From: Phyllobates terribilis
Taxonomy: Eukaryota
Direction of reading: 5' to 3'
Length of the DNA: 64,000 nt
NCBI RefSeq assembly: GCF_046119375.1
Contig: NW_027362772.1
Span: forward strand, 281,542,001 to 281,606,000
Positions 62,310 to 64,000 of the stretch are shown one piece after another. The notes under the pieces were generated by a model that worked only from the letters and a program-made list of their open reading frames with translations, searched no databases and was not told the origin of the DNA. Position numbers and translations under genes: made by a program. Every line of letters begins with the position of its first letter. The first letter of the stretch is position 1.

Positions 62310-62897
62310 ACTGTCGCAGCATTTCTGTCCCCGCCGCAACATCTTCAGTCGCCGCCATCACAGTCCCTGCTTCTGTCCTTGCCGCTGCATCTTCAGTCAC
62401 CCTTCCATAGTCCCTGCTTCTGTCCCTGCCGCTGCATCTTCAGTCGCCGCCATCACAGTTCCTGCTTCTGTCCCTGCCGCTGCATCTTCAGTCGTCGCTT
62501 GCACAGTCACTGCTTCTGTCCCCATCGCTGCATCTTTAGTCGCTGCTTCCACAGTCCCTGCTTCTGTCCCCACCACTGAATCTTCAGTCGCTGCTTCCAC
62601 AGTTCCTGCTTCTGTCCCCACCACTGCATGTTCAGTCGCCGCTTCCACAGTCCCTGCTTCTGTCCCCACCACTGCCCTGTTCAGTCCCGCTTCCACAGTC
62701 CCTGCTTCTGTCCCCACTGCTGCATCTTCAGTCGCCGCTTCCACAGTCCCTGCTTCTGTCCCCACCACTGCATCTTCAGTCGCCGCTTCCACAGTCACCG
62801 CTTCTGTCCCCACCGCTGCATCTTCAGTTGTCACTTCCACAGTAACTGCTTCTGTCCCCACTGCATCTTCAGTCGCCGCTTCTACAGTCACTGCTTC
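62310..62897. repeat. 48-bp minisatellite (ACAGTCCCTGCTTCTGTCCCCACCACTGCATCTTCAGTCGCTGCTTCC)n, about 12 copies
   Basis: Visible tandem array; gives the spurious TVPASVPTTASSVAAS repeat ORFs; cut by the LTR at 62898. Confidence 0.92.
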
Positions 62898-64000
62898 TGA
62901 CTCGCCCCCTGGGCCGTGGGGCACTCGGATCCGGGCAATAGGGGGAACGATGGGAGTAGTAGTGGCAACCCGGTTCCGTGGCTCAGGGTGGTCAGGCCAA
63001 TGGTAGTCTGCTACGTTCTGCTGATAATGTCCGACTACGCCACCCGTGGATTGCGGTTATTAGGAACCGCCGCTGCATGCAGACCGCTGGGGCTGATGAG
63101 GTGTGCAGCTAGGGTAGTGTGACTCCCCACGGGAAGAGTGCGGCCCCAGGGCAGTATAATGGATGGTGGGAGTGATGGTAGTGAGAATCCCAGTGCTGAT
63201 AGTGCTGGAGGAGCAAGGAGCACACAGACAACAAGTTGCAGTCCAGGGTCTTTACTGAAACAGGTAAACTGACCCATAAACAGTCCCAGCTAGGAGGGGA
63301 CCTGGATGTCTGAGAGCAACGGGGAAATTGGCCCTGGTCAGGGTGAGGGTGTAGGCCTACCGTGCTTTCTGCGCTCCTTCTGGCTATCTCCTCGTTATAG
63401 GGTAACAGCCCACGTTTCCAAGCTTTCCGTGTATTCTCGCCTGTATGGCCTGCGACGTGGGTTCCTTTCTGCTCCCAGCCTTGTACGGCTTTACTGGTCC
63501 CTTCGGTTGTGGCCGGGCCTCCAGGCTTCTTAGGCCAAGGAATGTACAGTCCCTTGTGGACTGGTTCTCTGCTGGGGGATGTGGAATCCTTCCAGCCTCA
63601 GACACCAAAGTCTGGTAAAGCTAAGTCTTTCTCTGCCAAGACAGGCTCTCTTCGCCTCTTGTCTCTGGCTTGTGGCTCTCTCCTACTGCCACACTTCCTC
63701 TTAGGTGCAATCAACTTTCTGTCCCTGCTCCACTCTGGGACACGTCTCAGTGCTGAGACAGGCTTTCCAGTTCTCTCTAACCCTGTCCCCAGTACCAGCT
63801 TTTATAGGGGCAGCCAGCTCCCCCTACTGGCCTGAGACAGGAGGCATTGCATGCTAATGTTCCCCTGACCAGAGAACCTCCCCCTTGCTCTCAGACACAG
63901 CTTTATTACACTTGTGGCATCCAGGTAGGGTGACACATTCCCCCCTAGTGAAATTTAGTACTCCGGGACTAAACAATAAACAAAGACAATATGCACAACA
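62898..64000 (-). mobile_element. 3' LTR (62898-63937), PPT and start of the internal region of another Gypsy element that runs out of the window
   Basis: TGACTCGCCCC...GGTGACACA, followed by TTCCCCCCTAGT (PPT on -) and sequence similar to 12476-12540. Confidence 0.9.

Noticed and set aside
62305-63006. Mucin- or antifreeze-like ORF (TVPASVPTTASSVAAS)n
   Set aside because: A 48-bp VNTR read through into an LTR; no signal peptide, exon boundaries or non-repetitive domain.
53900-64000. APOA5, expected downstream of APOA4 by synteny
   Set aside because: No apolipoprotein-like exon found in the remaining 10 kb; it may lie beyond the window.

Overview
Vertebrate genomic DNA, most likely an anuran (frog), inferred from the repeat landscape and protein divergence. 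It holds the apolipoprotein cluster in the same order and orientation as mammals: a divergent APOA1-like gene (+, about 7.5-11.2 kb), an APOC3 orthologue (-, about 36.8-43.2 kb) and APOA4 (+, about 48.9-53.9 kb). All three were reconstructed exon by exon with GT-AG introns and the classic phase 1 / phase 2 apolipoprotein junctions. The rest is heavily nested transposable elements: a decayed full-length Ty3/Gypsy element (tRNA-Ser PBS) with a solo LTR in its RNase H, several solo LTRs with TSDs, a Tc1 element, hAT/T2/piggyBac-like non-autonomous elements, a Helitron, Penelope-type hairpins and several minisatellites. Most interesting: (1) a non-autonomous LTR element whose internal region has no recognisable gag/pol but carries a frameshifted ORF ending in a Y-box-like cold-shock domain; (2) a second partial tRNA-Ser PBS inside the LTRs of all related families, about 125-165 bp from the LTR 3' end; (3) minimal hammerhead-ribozyme-like motifs with compensatory 3-8 core pairs; (4) an amphibian APOC3 and an APOA4 with an apparent 5' UTR intron. 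All alignments were made by eye; no database searches were run.
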